Of a stretch of 64,000 bases of DNA, positions 50,101-64,000 are shown piece after piece. Positions within the stretch are counted from its first letter, which is position 1. Every line of letters starts with the position of its first letter. Both the position numbers and the translations under genes were made by a program. The notes beneath the pieces are model-generated. The model was not told the DNA's origin. It saw nothing but the letters and a program-made list of their open reading frames with translations, and did not search any database. Source of the stretch: Tubulanus polymorphus (Eukaryota; Animalia; Nemertea); NCBI RefSeq assembly GCF_964204645.1, contig NC_134026.1, positions 4,115,950-4,179,949 on the forward strand. Reading direction: 5' to 3'.

Positions 50101-53100
50101 AGAAAAAAACGAGACCTGCCATCGTGTGGAGGGCTGTGGTAACGGTATTGCATCGTTGAATCCTCAATGTGGGGAAAGCCACGAGGTTTTTTATCTTAAA
50201 ATAGGGATTGACCATGTTGTTTATTTGATCGGTAGATTTCGTTTGATCTTTTTTTTACGTGGTGTCCGTTACAAACCCACCACACCTGCGGGAGCGAAAA
50301 AAGGGGGTTTGATTTTGAAATCGGAAATCGAAGTACGGATATAGTTGTGTGATCGGCGGTCAAAATTACAGAATTTTTTGTTTAAATCGAAGTACATAAT
50401 TGGGAAATTCGGTTGCACCACGAGGTTATTAACGTTGCGAAGATTTTAATATCAAATTCAGAGGGAGAAATTTCACGAAGCTGTTTTTGTGTAACTCACT
50501 CTCTGTGAGATAATCAGATAATTGAATCGTTGTTCAAAGTAACGTTAAAATGCGATGTAAAATCTACTAGCGCGGTAATAATGTAGAAAATGATAATGAT
50601 TGCGTTTATTACTTTTCTCTCATTATTTCTATTAAAATGACGACAGTTTTTTTCACACTCAATTAATCGTCGAATCAGTGGAGTTTGATACCAGTATTTA
50701 GCACATTTGACGTCGGGGGTCTGGCGCGAGGTTGAAATGTATACTTAATACATGTGAGAATTTAATGACGGATAAATATACGCCCCGGTAATTTACTCGC
50801 AATTTTGCCGCAAAACGAAACGCTTTAACCCGACAAACTTGCGCCAAATTACCGCGAGTTCATATTATAACACGCGCACAAATCTGTCGGACTTCAGCTA
50901 ACGGGTCCATGACAAAAACCGATCAGCATTTGCGTTCATTCGCGCTTTCAAATGGAGATCATACTCCGGGAATTAAATCGTCTTCATTAAGTACTTGATT
51001 GCAGCACTGACGCCTCTATGATTAACCGAGACGGGGACAAAAAAGCCGTAATTGGCGAAAACTATTACAAACACTATATTAATTAGGAAATCGTTTGCAC
51101 AAAATGTTCAATTAGTACAATAATAATATAAATTGCATGCCGTTATAGGAAACACCTCAGTCGGTGATATCTTAGCTATATATTTTTTCATTACCGTTAT
51201 TTTTTCTATTTAGAGTTACGCTTATGATACAAGGAACGCGTTCGTGATTTCGTATTGTTATACCAACTTAAGCCCTCGAGGAATATATACAGGTTATAAC
51301 ATCGCTTTAAGAAAAGTCGACCGTTGTCAATTATGGAAACTACTGACGAATTTTAAAAGTTCCCTCCATGTTAATGGAACTGACTCTGCATATCATCGGT
51401 TGGCCATTTCTATGAATATCATCCGATAAGGAAGTTGAATGTCAATTTTTCTATTTGATGACTCATGATTTAAACCCGCATTACAATTACTGGTACAGCC
51501 AGCCCTCGGAAGTTTAGATGTTTAGACACAATATGCCCACAGGTAGAAGTTTACATTAATACATGAAAAACAATTATCTGTAACCAAAATCCCACTCAAA
51601 ATATATATTCAATATGAACAATAACCTTCCTGTGAATAAATGCCGGCCTATTGATTATGTTATTATTTTGTATGTATGATTTAAAAAGAAATTTATTTCC
51701 TCCTCGACTACGCTTCAATAGGTTTACTATGATACTATCATTATATACGGGGGTAGTTACTGTTTCACTAAACCATTTGAATTCTTTGTTAAAATGTTTA
51801 TTTCGGTAGTTAAATGATATAATGACTATAGAAGGGCTTTTATATCATTAACAACATATATTTAGTTAGCTGGACTATCATAAGAATGTTAATGAAATTG
51901 TTTGTGTCGTTTTTTGTATTTCTAAAATAATATCTGGAAAGCCTCACTCTGGCTTTAAAACGCAGGCCAGGTGCCCTACAAATAAATAAATGAGATACAA
52001 CGAAATGAAGAAATCAAGTGATATTTAAAGATATATGAATTTTCCAAAAGTAAAAGGATGAACCTACGTAGTTTTTCTTTTGAATACAAATGAATTTTTA
52101 TCAAACTAAGTCGTAAAATCATTTACAAAATAGATACATGCTAAGGTCCAAAGGACATTATTTGCAATAACTATAGAAATAACAGTTGCATTTGAAAGCG
52201 ATCAGTTACCTTTGTACTATATTACTATAACTGTATAACTATAACTAGCTACGTAATTTCAATGTATGTTTTAGTTGCAAGGCGAATCGGACACCCATAC
52301 CAAAACAGGACTCCACCGAAACGTAAAAAACCGAGAACGTCATTTTCCAGATATCAAATCGTCGAACTGGAAAAACGTTTTCATAGACAGAAATATCTAG
52401 CATCGGCCGAACGGTCCGCCCTGGCAAAAGCTCTCAAAATGACGGACGCACAAGTGAAGACGTGGTTTCAAAATCGACGAACGAAATGGAGGTAGGCATA
52501 TATGCGAATTTTGGATTTCGAAATGATCACGATCAAATGTCTGCAGTATCAAAATATTTGGCTCAATCGATTCGTACGTAAAAACGTAACGGATAGAAAT
52601 ATCAAGTTTATATATACGTTATTCGATTATTTCTACGTGGCAACATCTATTTTTCAAGCCAAGATTTTTTACCAAATTGAATTATTTTCGGCTAATCATT
52701 CATTCAAAGAAGGATATTATGTTTTTATCTATTTTCTTAATCCCATATCGAGTGAATATACTGGCGACGAGCCCGATATCTGAGATCGAATACGAGTGTC
52801 GTGCCTTTCACAACGCAACAAAACATCGTGTATACATGTATTAAACATATTCTCACGGGATCTAAACTGCAAAAAACCTCGGGTGATGAGTGACAGGCGG
52901 GATGTAATAACCGATCTATTTCGACTATGTATATAATCGTCGTATGCGTTCTGTGAAAATAAGCAAAATCATATCGACGAATAATTGAATATAAAATTAC
53001 AGACAACACCATAACATGTTATAATTAAATGCCTGCACCAATTTCAACATGATAATGTTATTATACGTGTATCTATATGACAAATGGTTATTGTCCAATT

Positions 53101-53636
53101 CCGTTAAAGATGATGCTCGTTTTCCCATCTATTCTATCGTGTGTGCTGGAACAATTATACCCGAAAAAAATGACACCCTCATTTCCAGTTATTAGTTGTT
53201 TTCGCGATATTATCTCTGGAAATGATACACAAATGTGTTAATTCTATCGAACTATATATGAACGGAACGGTAGAGTTATATATAGGGCTATATACTTTTT
53301 TAAATTGACACCTCTCATTGTATATGCTTCTCGTTGTACAAGTCGAATTCGGTGCTTATGCATATCGCTTTCTTTTCCAGGCGCCAGACGGCCGAGGAAC
53401 GTGAGGCCGAGCGGCAAGCGGCCAACAGATTCATGATGAGCCTTCACGCCGAGGCTAGCAAAAATATGTACAGTGCCCAGGACCCTCTATGTATGAATAA
53501 CGCTTCTTTATCGGCGCTGCAAAATCTACAACCGTGGGCTGGGGAAGATATGGGAGTGACCGGTGACGCTACGCCCTCTCCATCGGATCAGAGATTTTTA
53601 CAAACTCCACAGACATGTCAAAATTCGATACCATGA
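47187..53636 (+). CDS. Tlx: T-cell leukemia homeobox (Tlx/Hox11/C15) transcription factor (313 aa)
   Basis: Exons 47187-47655, 52275-52491 and 53381-53636 are phase-consistent. Motifs: eh1 LSFGISRIL, hexapeptide [26 protein letters not shown], homeodomain helix 3 [14 protein letters not shown] (Tlx-typical Thr47), [15 protein letters not shown]. Confidence 0.97.
48809..49290 (-). mobile_element. Decayed Penelope-like retroelement fragment (GIY-YIG endonuclease) in Tlx intron 1
   Basis: ORF 48809-49009 contains [24 protein letters not shown]...AVATH, matching the Penelope GIY-YIG pattern CxxxYIGETxRxLxxRxxEH. An eroded GAAACGTT hammerhead-like end lies at ~49269-49300. Confidence 0.75.
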
Positions 53637-56600
53637 CAATATTCGTAGTATTCGCCGCTCCTGGTCAGTTGAATATAGTTGATATTATGTGCTAACGACA
53701 TTGCAGGAATGTGAAATGGCTCCTGATGAGACAATGATATTATTCATTCGAATCGATTTCCCCGAACATGCGGGATCATATTACTGACACTTGTACCTTC
53801 ACTATCTGCGATGAGTTCGAACTAATCTCAGAACGCTGAAAATGTGCCGATGATCTCAAAAATGGCGAAGGTACCTTCTCATATAAAACGATATATATAT
53901 ATATACATATAAACATATATTACGGTATACAAAATGTACATTTATTCAGCTTTTTGGGTTTCATTTTCAATGCGGTACACTCTTTTACGACTCCTGGTAA
54001 TGATTAATAAGCTGACATCTTCCATCTAAACGGTCACTATACGTAACAGAGAAAATACTTCAGTATATTGATAAAATGTAAGTCAGGTGTTATTATGTTT
54101 TGTGGAAGGTTTTATCTCGAGTATGGTGTCTGTTTTTGTTTCGGTTCCCCTCATCCATTCCGAACCGTTAATGAGCAATATAATCAAAGTGAAATAATGC
54201 CCCGGTTAAACGAGAGCAAAACGTGTACGATTCTGTCCAAACTGCACGTGAAACCAGTTACCTTATCTTCGAAGAATTTGTTTCCACGAGATCATTACGA
54301 GCATTAGCTGATAGTTTTACCTAACCGCTTCAGTCAGGCATAAACCAAGCGCCTGGTCGACCGAGCGAAAAAAGTATACGCCTTTAATGAATTAAGATTG
54401 TTAGTTGATCGATAGGCAGAGAATTGCATAAAATGAACCCTTATTTTGAAATACAGACTATTTTGAACGAAGATGAATCGCTGAGAATTTAGTGTATTTA
54501 AACTAAAAAGCGTTTTAGATTAAGCAAATTGGTTTTTTATTGTCACCACAAAGCACTTTATTCAACCACATTTTCAAAATAACCGTTGAGGAATTTTCCG
54601 CAAAAGTACTTCGGATATGTTGCTGTTTACCGACGGAAGCAACGGAAAAGACACAGACCTCAAACAAATAAGACAAAAGAAAACAGATGTGATACTATAA
54701 AGTTTCGTCCACAGCACAGTGAATCAACGATAAGTGTTTTTAAATGAATAGTGATGGGTCTAATCATATTCTGCGATGCCGTTAATCGGGAATACATCTC
54801 GTCGACAATCCATTTATTCATCGGACGATCATGAAAATTATATCTTACGAGAAAATCAACATATAATATTATGGTTTACGTTCATTACGGCGAATGCTAA
54901 AACATTTCCACAGCAACCGATGAATGCTCACTTAATTTCTATTGCATGAAAACTTACAAATTGATACGAAATGTTTTCATTACTGGCCCTGACACTGATT
55001 TCTGTCAACAGTAATTCACGAACGGTCGCTTTTATAGTGGGACAAATTAGAAGCCGTTAAATTGCTTTTCAACGCAACGTTTTAAGGTAATTATTTACCA
55101 AAAGATGCATTTAACGATTTGAAATATAGCACGCGGCTAAAATGCGATGATGATATTTGGGCGATATCATTAATAATTCGGTCATCATCAACCAAGCAGA
55201 GATACATGATCCGACTTATAGATCGTTCCCTCGGTACCGAGCAAAATCAGCATATATTCTGAACATCTCGGGACTAATATTGACTTATATATTCATCCTC
55301 AACAAAAGCCGAAGATTCTGAGCACAGGGACACAATTCTGGTATGAATAAAACGATTTATAGCGTACCCGTTAATAGTAAATGAGCCTTTCGGACCTTTT
55401 TCTTCTATCGTTTATCTTACCAAATATATTCTATGTTTAAAACCTTGATCATAAAAACAACATTTCATGTTGTAATTTTATTGATACAAAATGTAGCCGT
55501 TCTTAATTACTGGAGAGTGATTCACAAAATTTATCAATTCGAAACTAGGAGCAAATAATATGCTCTCACGATTGCACCTAGAAACCATTAATATCTGCGG
55601 AATAAGCCGACAGACCTTAATTACGCCGAATCAATCGTGTATTTCATATCATGTCCACTTGTAATTAACTAAGTAGTTCTTAATTGGCAACTGTAGGGCA
55701 CCGGCAAATCTAAGCCGCTGTAATTACTTTTAATAGATGCCGGTTATTATTATCTATTTGCTGCCTCGCAGTGGCTCCTGGGAACAGCAGACTATCTAAA
55801 ACCGTTAATCACTCGAATTTGTTAAGATACAGAATTCGTTCCAGCAAATCCATGGATTAACTCACACACGCACACTCTCTCTCTCTTCACGACTTAAATA
55901 AATCATCCATTTTCCTATATTTCCCTAAATTTTATTCTTTTCGCCGCACCATTTAAATTCTATATGAACCCGCAAATGATTTGCACACGCTTTTGTGTAT
56001 TGTGGTTTCGATTCCGTTGAGCACTTCATTTCAAACTGTAGAATCTTTCATAGAATCGACTTAAAACACGGTTGACAATGAAAAATGTAAGTTTTCCTAG
56101 TTAAATCAATTAACAACCTCTGAAAGAGAGACGACGCAAAAAAACGTTTCCGTTCGTGAATTCTATCAAGTGTTGAAATTTATGCGCGTTATTCATTCAC
56201 AAGAACACGAAAGATGTCAGCTGTAAATCGAACATTCAAAGAAGGCTAGGCGATGGTTGTGGTGATGATGGCTCGCGCGCAATGAGCAAGTGTCTTCGCA
56301 ACTGGATTTTCGATGACATTTAACGAGGAACGCTATGCGTCTCAATGCTGATATTATTTTCTTATAAATGTGTATGCCTTGCTCATTATGTAGAGACGGG
56401 ATATACATCTTGTCGATGACTATAACGAGTCAATGGGGCATTACACATACGTAAGATGTTCGTCTTCGATTAATTGTAATAATTTGATAACGGTTGATCT
56501 AATAATCGCGGGCTCGAATAACCGCGCATAACGACTGTATACGCGTGTCTCAGGCGCCGGTGGCGAGGAGCTGTAAAAATTAATTCACCCTTTGTTTTAA

Positions 56601-59600
56601 CGGGCTGTCAAGATTAATCCCCTAACCTCGGGGCAAGTAGCAAATCAGACTCTCGCGCGGCCGTTTCAATCGAAGACAATCTAATGAACGTCTAATGAAA
56701 AGTAAACTTTTCCCTCGCTCAGACACCGATCGCGGAAGACGGTGTAATGAAAACGAGGCAAGATGCAAGATTGGATGGAAATTACCGCCAATAATAGCGG
56801 AGGAATAACAATCTATTGCCGATGAAAGGATCATTACAATCGGATTATGTGCTCCGCTGTATCGGCGTTCCTCTGTAATAATGAAATGAAAGTCGGCTGA
56901 AACAAACCAGAAGTGATGTCAAGGGACAGATCGAATTAAGGTCTACTTGGAACAAATTGAACAGCGCTATTATCACGTTCGCCTCGTCGAATCTCTGAGG
57001 ACGAAAGATCTCATCATCTTCAGTGTCAATGCCTCGCAGCGACTGTCACACGGCGTATGATGGAGGAGGAGCGAACGCGCGTGCGTATTTCACAGGCGAC
57101 TTTTTTTCTTTGTGCAAACATGGAAATATCGAGATTACCAGATAGACCCTATACGCATCGCGGATGTACGGTAAAAGCATGTCTCGTGTCCGGGAAATGT
57201 TTCAGAATTTTTTTTGATGAAAGTTTAGCGCAGGGCAGATCACTAACACTTGCTTTAAATGCGCATGGACTTAACTTAGGCTGAGCTTGATAGCGTCAAT
57301 TAAGCCGACAAAAGAATTGAGGCAAAACGTATCTTAAGGACAATGAAGAAACGGGCGATAGGTGTTTGACGCTGATTTTTCGGAAGATTAACACATCAAT
57401 ATGACGCATAGATTGGGACAACGACGAGGAATCCATCTACATTGATCGGTTGATGTTTAATTAACTTGGGTGTCATTTGATGGATCGTTAGTCGTTGGAA
57501 ATCTACCGTGCGCATTTCGCGTTACGCGGAATCAAATCATACAATTACCTGTCAGTAGTCATACACGCGTCGGGACAGTGTATTTATCGATGAAAATCGC
57601 TCTGGGACACTGGCGAGTTCAAAACAATTTACTTCGATCGCAACTAATACGTTTGTAATTCTCCTGACAGCGCGCTGGTTTGATGTATGGTTTTCGATGG
57701 CATGAATCCGCGTCGATAGAGACACGTCGTACGACGAAATTGCGCAAGAGAAGAAACCGACTCGGTCTCTGAGGAATAAGCGACGAATAATGTTATTTCT
57801 GTTACGCAGCGTCGACTAACAACCGCAACAAAACGTCTACGACTTATTTATGAAGATAAAGAATAAATATGAAGACGGTTCACAGAATATAGAAATTAGC
57901 AAACCAATCCAGATAAGCATATCACCCGCAGCAAGACACAAAACCGAAACGTCGATTCAATGAAGGAGACATTTCGCATTTCAATCTTTCTTTCGTTATA
58001 TTAGTGTGGGATTCTCAATCCATTACCAAAACTCGGACGTAGTGTTTCATCAATGGTTTAAAGTCCCCTAATTGAGCCAACACGGTGTGCTGAAATAGGA
58101 AACACGATTGCCAGATGATCAGCGTAACTAAACATGAATCCCCGAAACACAATCTCAGTTTATAGGTCCACAGATCAATTACATTTGCACACAGCATATC
58201 GCAAAACAGGTTCATACATTATTTTCAGAGTAATTTCGAAATGTTGTAAATATTTGCATTACGGATATTTAGTTTTATTAGTTTATTTGCTCAACAACAA
58301 AAAAACATTTGCTTAGCGCACAATCGATCAGCGGCAACAGGGGGTGGATCACAGTGTCAAATTAGCACAGACCGACATAGTTAAGTTTGGATAAGCCCTA
58401 AGACTCTCGAACAGAACGCATCGGGAGCAAAAGTGATGGGGGCTTGCAATTGAAGACCCCATTTTAGTGTATAATGAAAAAGAGATAACAGAATGCTCCG
58501 GTTCATATTGATAAAATGTTATAACTCCAATCGTGTATGAATATCATCTGCCTTTCCTTTAAATGCTACATCCTCAAAGCACTATTGAGTGAAAGTTCGG
58601 AGCCTCGAAACAAGTTAACAGTTTTACGAAAAATCGTTTGCGACACTTTAAGGTTTGCATTGAAATGAGACAATTTGTTTGCAACACGACGCCATGTGAC
58701 AGACCATACGTCCAGCATGAATCATTTCTGGCAGGGTTGCCGTCACTCTGTTTAACAATATATCACCTTTTTGCCTATTTGTAACTTTCTAATGAGAAAA
58801 AACGATGATCTCGTTGCCTGGCATTATCAAGTGTTAATGGTGTGCAAATGGGGACTGGATATTAAGCTGCGGTTAGCAGATGGGTCCAACTATTAAAAGT
58901 GTGAGGAAACATTAATATTCAAACGCTCAAAACCTCGTTGGGACCATTAACTCATAATGAATGTACTGCAACAACGGCACCAAAAACTTTTAGATAGTGT
59001 TCATATAGCGAAGTATTTTGGTTACCAGTGAGTGAAATAATTCAAATGGAAAGTCAAATGGAAGTAAAACTTTGTTGTAGCGTGGCATCGAATTCAGAAT
59101 CTTGAACTTTTTCAATCTTTACGAAAATCCGTACATTACTAGGATCGTATTATGACAATTTCACTAAAATGAGAACTGTATAGTAATGAGTCGTGTGATC
59201 TCTGGATTGAAATCGACTTTCCAGTGGAGGCTCTCGTAGCTAATAGAGATTAATGCTTGATCATATTTTCGAGTGCTTCCACTACCAACAAATAATGCAT
59301 TTTCTGTGGAACAAAACAATTTCATCTAGTGGCTCACATTGTGTGTGTGTGAAAATCGCTGCCTTTCTTTTCAACGATTTTTATTTTTGAATAACTATCG
59401 CACGCGCGGGTTCTGATGGCCGGACAATGGAATATGTAATTTGTCCGTCGTTCTATTCACAACCAAAAAATACAACGTCGGAACGAGCGTGCGTCTCGAT
59501 AATGTGTTATTCTGGAAACCCTGACTTGAGATTTATTGGCCAAAAGGGAATAATTATCCACCAACTGCTTGAGTAATCGACGATATGATGATGAACAAAT

Positions 59601-60790
59601 GGGAACCGTTCTGCTTCATTCCCCCCTAATATCGGCGTAATCAAATACATAATTAATATCGTGTTATTCACTGAATTCAAAATAAATATCAGTAGAAAGA
59701 TAACGTTTCCGCAGAGACCTCACACTCGCGAAAGTAATTCAGTTAAACATGCCGGCCATCGCAAATATAAGCCCTAATATTTCCAAGTATTGCATTACGG
59801 GCATAAATAATACACGAATTGTCTTGATTACCCCCTTGATGAGGCAATATACACTCACAATTCATGAAACATCTCCAGGGACCTGAGAACTAACGACCTA
59901 TGAACATTCACCACAGTCGTTTGAATCTGCCCTGGATGAAACGGATGACATGTTAGTTTTCCAAGCAATTTAAGTTGTCGAAATATCACACCATGATTTT
60001 TTATTTATTGAACCACAACGCCGAATGTTTTCGATGGGAATCACGTAGGCTTACTATGCAATCATTTCCAATTCAATAGATGTCTCAGAACTTAGTAAGT
60101 TATACTTTACAAATGAACGGAATATTTGATTCGTTGAGTTGAAAGCTATATCCTATTTCCATATCATGTTTAACAAGAATAATATCAATTAGAGCTTGAT
60201 TTGAGCAAAAGAAAGCGAAACTGATACACCCGAATAAATGCCGTTTTATAGCAGTTGCGGCTCGTCAGAACCTAGATGCATGAATGATACGCAAAAATGA
60301 TATTTTTGAAGGTTCATTAGCTCTTTTCGAAAGTGATTTATATGAAAGTCCAGTCATGGAATGTAGAAGCCTCTTTACAGTCTATGGTTTAATCAAGTAA
60401 GTTTGGCCGGTTTAAGACTTTAATTTTTTTGCTCACGTTTTAAGGTTAGGCATCGAATCCCGGCTTCCCGGGGAAACTTATCTCGGCTTTTTCCTCTCGA
60501 TACGTACTGTTTTTGCTCTTTGCCACCCGTTTACCCAGAATGGTATAAGTTCGCACGAATTTAACACATATTTCTGTCCATCCGCATGCATGCCTGTCGA
60601 AAATTCCGTGGCAAACGTGCATCGTGACCATCTATCTAACACATAGCGCGGTATTTACAGGCGCCTTGACTTGTTTAATTTAATTGAACATAAAAGAATT
60701 CTTTTCTATTACATCCGTCTATCGCATAAAGAACTACGGTATTTGATCGAACAACTTTTTATTGGTTTTTTTCCCTGAAAATAACTTAAA

Positions 60791-62823
60791 TTATTCGTTG
60801 TTTTCATATTTTGCAATGAATACGACACCCTCAGTGAGAATGACTATTAAGCAACCTCCAGCAAATAGTGACGTAAGTATGGCGCTATAACTGAAAACGG
60901 CTGTGTGGTTAATGATGATTGACGCAATTGGAGAGAACGCTACTCCAGTGCCAGCTCCAAATATGATTATTGTGAATTGTATCGGGCTTAGAGAAAATCG
61001 TTCCTTCACCCAACCGAAAGACATCGGGAATGCACATCCGATGGCGACACCCATAGTTACAAACGATACCCAAAGGGTTTCCCTGTCTCCAACAGTAAAG
61101 GTTAGCAGCAGTACTCCGCTTAGCCCTATTAGTAGATGTATGCAGAGAAGTTTCGTGGTTCCTGTAAACTGTAGAAATATTGTCATTACGATCCTATCGA
61201 TCATTACTATGGCTTGATAAACGCTGAGCAGATGGGCAGCCTCAACGGTTGAAGTGCCATCGTAACATTCCACCGCGAACTGGGTAGTTAGATTACCAAT
61301 TACAGCGATTATACCACCAACACAAGCTAATAAAAGAAATCCCAAAAAAGTTCCTTTTTTATCCGATGTCGTGCTCTGAGTCGAACATTCGTCCAACTCT
61401 TCGTATGGTAATCGATGCTGATTTCCGATTTGACAAACGTAAAAGAAAATCGCAACTACGATGAAAACAGCAGAATTGATGCATATCGGGATATATATTT
61501 GGATATCCGGTGTGACTGGTTTCATTTCGAGAGTACTGTTAGACCAGTTACCATCAAGTTTGTGTCGTTCGTAACATCCGATCCTCTGAGCGTTAGCTTG
61601 CTGGCTGTGTTTAACTGCGCTTTCCGATAAAAATGGCGTATAGAGTAGAGGCGAAATGATATTGCCAATGGGAATCCCGGTCAGAACTGTATTGAAGATG
61701 GTCGCACTTTTAACACCCCAAATCTCCGAACAATATACCAAAGCAACTAAAGAAATAAGATATAATCAAACATGTATACTATTGTGATTACACTGGTCAG
61801 TCGACTGGTTCCCTAGGATACACCTAATAAACGTGGCAAAGTAAATCTTTCAGAATGCGATCGGTCAACCTTAAATTGGTTACAACCAACAATGACCACA
61901 GCTTAATTAAAATGGGATCCAATGGGAACACTCAGAACGTGAGCATGTCCGTAAGCAAAGAATAGGCTGACGATTCACCGAAAAACTGATTTAGCTTTTG
62001 GATTTGTATTATGATCGCCTCACATGGGCTTCAGACCCCAACTGGGCGTTCCCTTTTTATGATCCGTCTATCACGGGACTGACTCTATCATCTTTCTACT
62101 TCTATAATTACTGTATATCATCCTAACGGACTCCATCATCTTTATACTCCTTCTTCTACAATACACCGCACTCTTATCATCATACCTTTATTCCTTCTAC
62201 AATATTGGTCTAGCCTCAATCAACTTGTCTCAACCAGAGTCAAAAAGTCCCACAGGACCAAAAGCAGACTGACCAGTGTAAATAAGTTACAATAGATAAG
62301 ATAGCTTATGTATTATTAGAATTGAATCAACTAATGTATATATATTTTTTTCAAACTTTGCATACCTACTGCCGTTGCTTCGGCAAAGAGCGTGGCTAAG
62401 AATACACACACATTAGTGAGTATGAAATTGGTACTAAATCCGACGATCATCCAGAAAATTCCCGGGAACAACATTGAGAACAGCAATAAATACTTTGCTT
62501 TCACCATAGTTGATCCGACTAATATTGCAATATTTGCCAAAAAGCAGCCAAGTCCTTGCGAGATATACAAATATGTAGAATCGTGGATACTTTTCTTGTT
62601 TTGTGCCTGGATGTCATACATAATTACTCCCAAATTGAGCAACACAGATGACTGAAAATGTACAATATTATACAAAAATGTGATGGTACATCATTCAAAC
62701 TAAAAAGTAAAGATATTATAATTGGCTTCGAAATGAACTTACGTATGAGACATGAAACAATAAAAGAAGGATGACTTCCATGTACCTTCTCAGAGTACCA
62801 CGATCAGGAATATTAATAGACAT
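60791..62823 (-). CDS. Major facilitator superfamily transporter, MFSD4/NaGLT1-like (~440 aa)
   Basis: Exons 62823-62743 (|GTAAGT), 62651-62366 (G|GTATG) and 61746-60791 join in phase. About 12 hydrophobic segments; MFSD4-like features CSEIWG, GNIISPLLYTPFLS followed by a long loop, and GCAFP..FGW. Confidence 0.8.
61791..62278. mobile_element. Non-autonomous DNA transposon filling most of MFS intron 2
   Basis: TA|CACTGGTCAGTC ... GACTGACCAGTG|TA: 12-bp perfect TIR with TA on both sides. CACTG ends suggest CMC/EnSpm-like; a TA duplication is also compatible with Tc1/mariner. Confidence 0.7.
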
Positions 62824-64000
62824 ACCGTCAGTGTGGATAATATTCAATTTATGAGAATATATATTCAATTTGTGTCGATAAGTTGACCACGTGCGAGATC
62901 CTGCGTATAGTGAAGTAACCTCGGTCACATTCCTAACGAAATTTGACCGAGGTTTTTACCGGCCAATCGTCTGACGTTTGTACATATCACACGCCTTAAA
63001 ACGATTTTCATGAACGATTGGACGAACATGAACGATTTTCTAAAATCAATCATTGTTCCGTAACGTTGCAATGTCGGTATTTTTCTCAATTTCATACACT
63101 AACTTTATTCAGTTTAAGATTAACATCAACGACTGTGCTAATGCTTGTAAATTTTAGTCTCTATAATATTTTTGCTGACAATCTAGTAACCCTCATCTCG
63201 TTCTCCAGAAAATAGTAATACGTATATTACGTACTGTAACGCACTCTGGCTGGCAAGAACGCACGTCGCCAATTTTAAAAGTCTTAAAATCCTGCGATTG
63301 TGTGAGGCATTTATACTCATCAATTTGAACTGTCACACTCTGTCAAATCAATCATTTGTTAACTGACCACTTCAAGACATCATCATTTTCGGTGTTCTAG
63401 GCCTCATTGGCGCGCGCAGATCAATGATCTTTTCATTGAATTTTTCAAATCTGATATATACATGTATATAGGTGCCAAATACTGGAACAATCTACCATTT
63501 AAATTAGAAAATGAGCCCTAAATATAATTTGAAACAGTCTCAGACGCTGGGTCTTTTTTCGATTACATATTGGTAGCAAGACCATACCTAGCATTCGATT
63601 TTTTTCGGGAGAGGGTGGGGGGCAGAGAAACCCGAAAAGGACAGTTCTATAGGATATACGTAGCAATAATATTCGCAATAAGGGTACTTTTCAAAAATTT
63701 CCGGGGCCCTACCGCACTAAATACGGCCCTGAGTAGCCTTAACCGTTGAGTGAGCTGACTACACTTTTTACCTCAGCTAATACTACTATAGATTTTAGAG
63801 TGTCTCTATAGTCTCGTGTGCGGTGTGCGATGAGTGCAAGAATGCTTTTTCATAATATTCCTCGAAATACTGTTATACTGACAAATTCAAAATTCAAATT
63901 CATTTATTCATCACAAATCAAGGCGCATGATTGTTAATGAAAAGAAAAGAAAAACAGAAAGGGTTAACAATATAAAGAATGAAGAGAAGAGAGAAAACAA

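Noticed and set aside
54288-54312. GAGATCATT...AGCTGAT resembling the bantam microRNA
   Set aside because: The middle does not match the mature sequence and I could not see a pre-miRNA hairpin.
60903-62655. Plus-strand ORFs opposite the MFS gene (similarly 39587-39899, 34842-35133, 20259-20612, 11370-11663)
   Set aside because: They are antisense shadows of real coding exons, with no independent motifs or splice support.

Overview
This is eukaryotic (invertebrate animal) genomic DNA: AT-rich, with many short GT-AG introns, microsatellites and non-autonomous transposons. It is not prokaryotic, and I found no CRISPR array, rRNA or tRNA. Splicing by hand supports six apparently intact genes: a secreted three-domain pacifastin-type protease inhibitor precursor (+, 20136-21314), TIM22 (-, 24612-26827), an HMG20-like HMG-box protein with an extra matrin/U1-type zinc finger (+, 28621-32014), a receptor tyrosine phosphatase with an EGF/F-type-lectin/EGF/FN3 ectodomain and tandem PTP domains (-, 32389-42706), the homeobox gene Tlx (+, 47187-53636), and an MFSD4-like transporter (-, 60791-62823). 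A seventh gene, a secreted LamG/pentraxin-like protein (-, 11389-12737), is broken by a single +1 frame change. Penelope-like retroelement remnants carry minimal hammerhead ribozyme cores, and there are several MITE families. The first ~10 kb and 53.7-60.7 kb look non-coding. I see no clearly new system. The best leads are the F-lectin RPTP, the zinc-finger HMG20 variant, the hammerhead palindrome, the frameshifted LamG gene and the pacifastin precursor. All family calls are from motif recognition; no searches were run.
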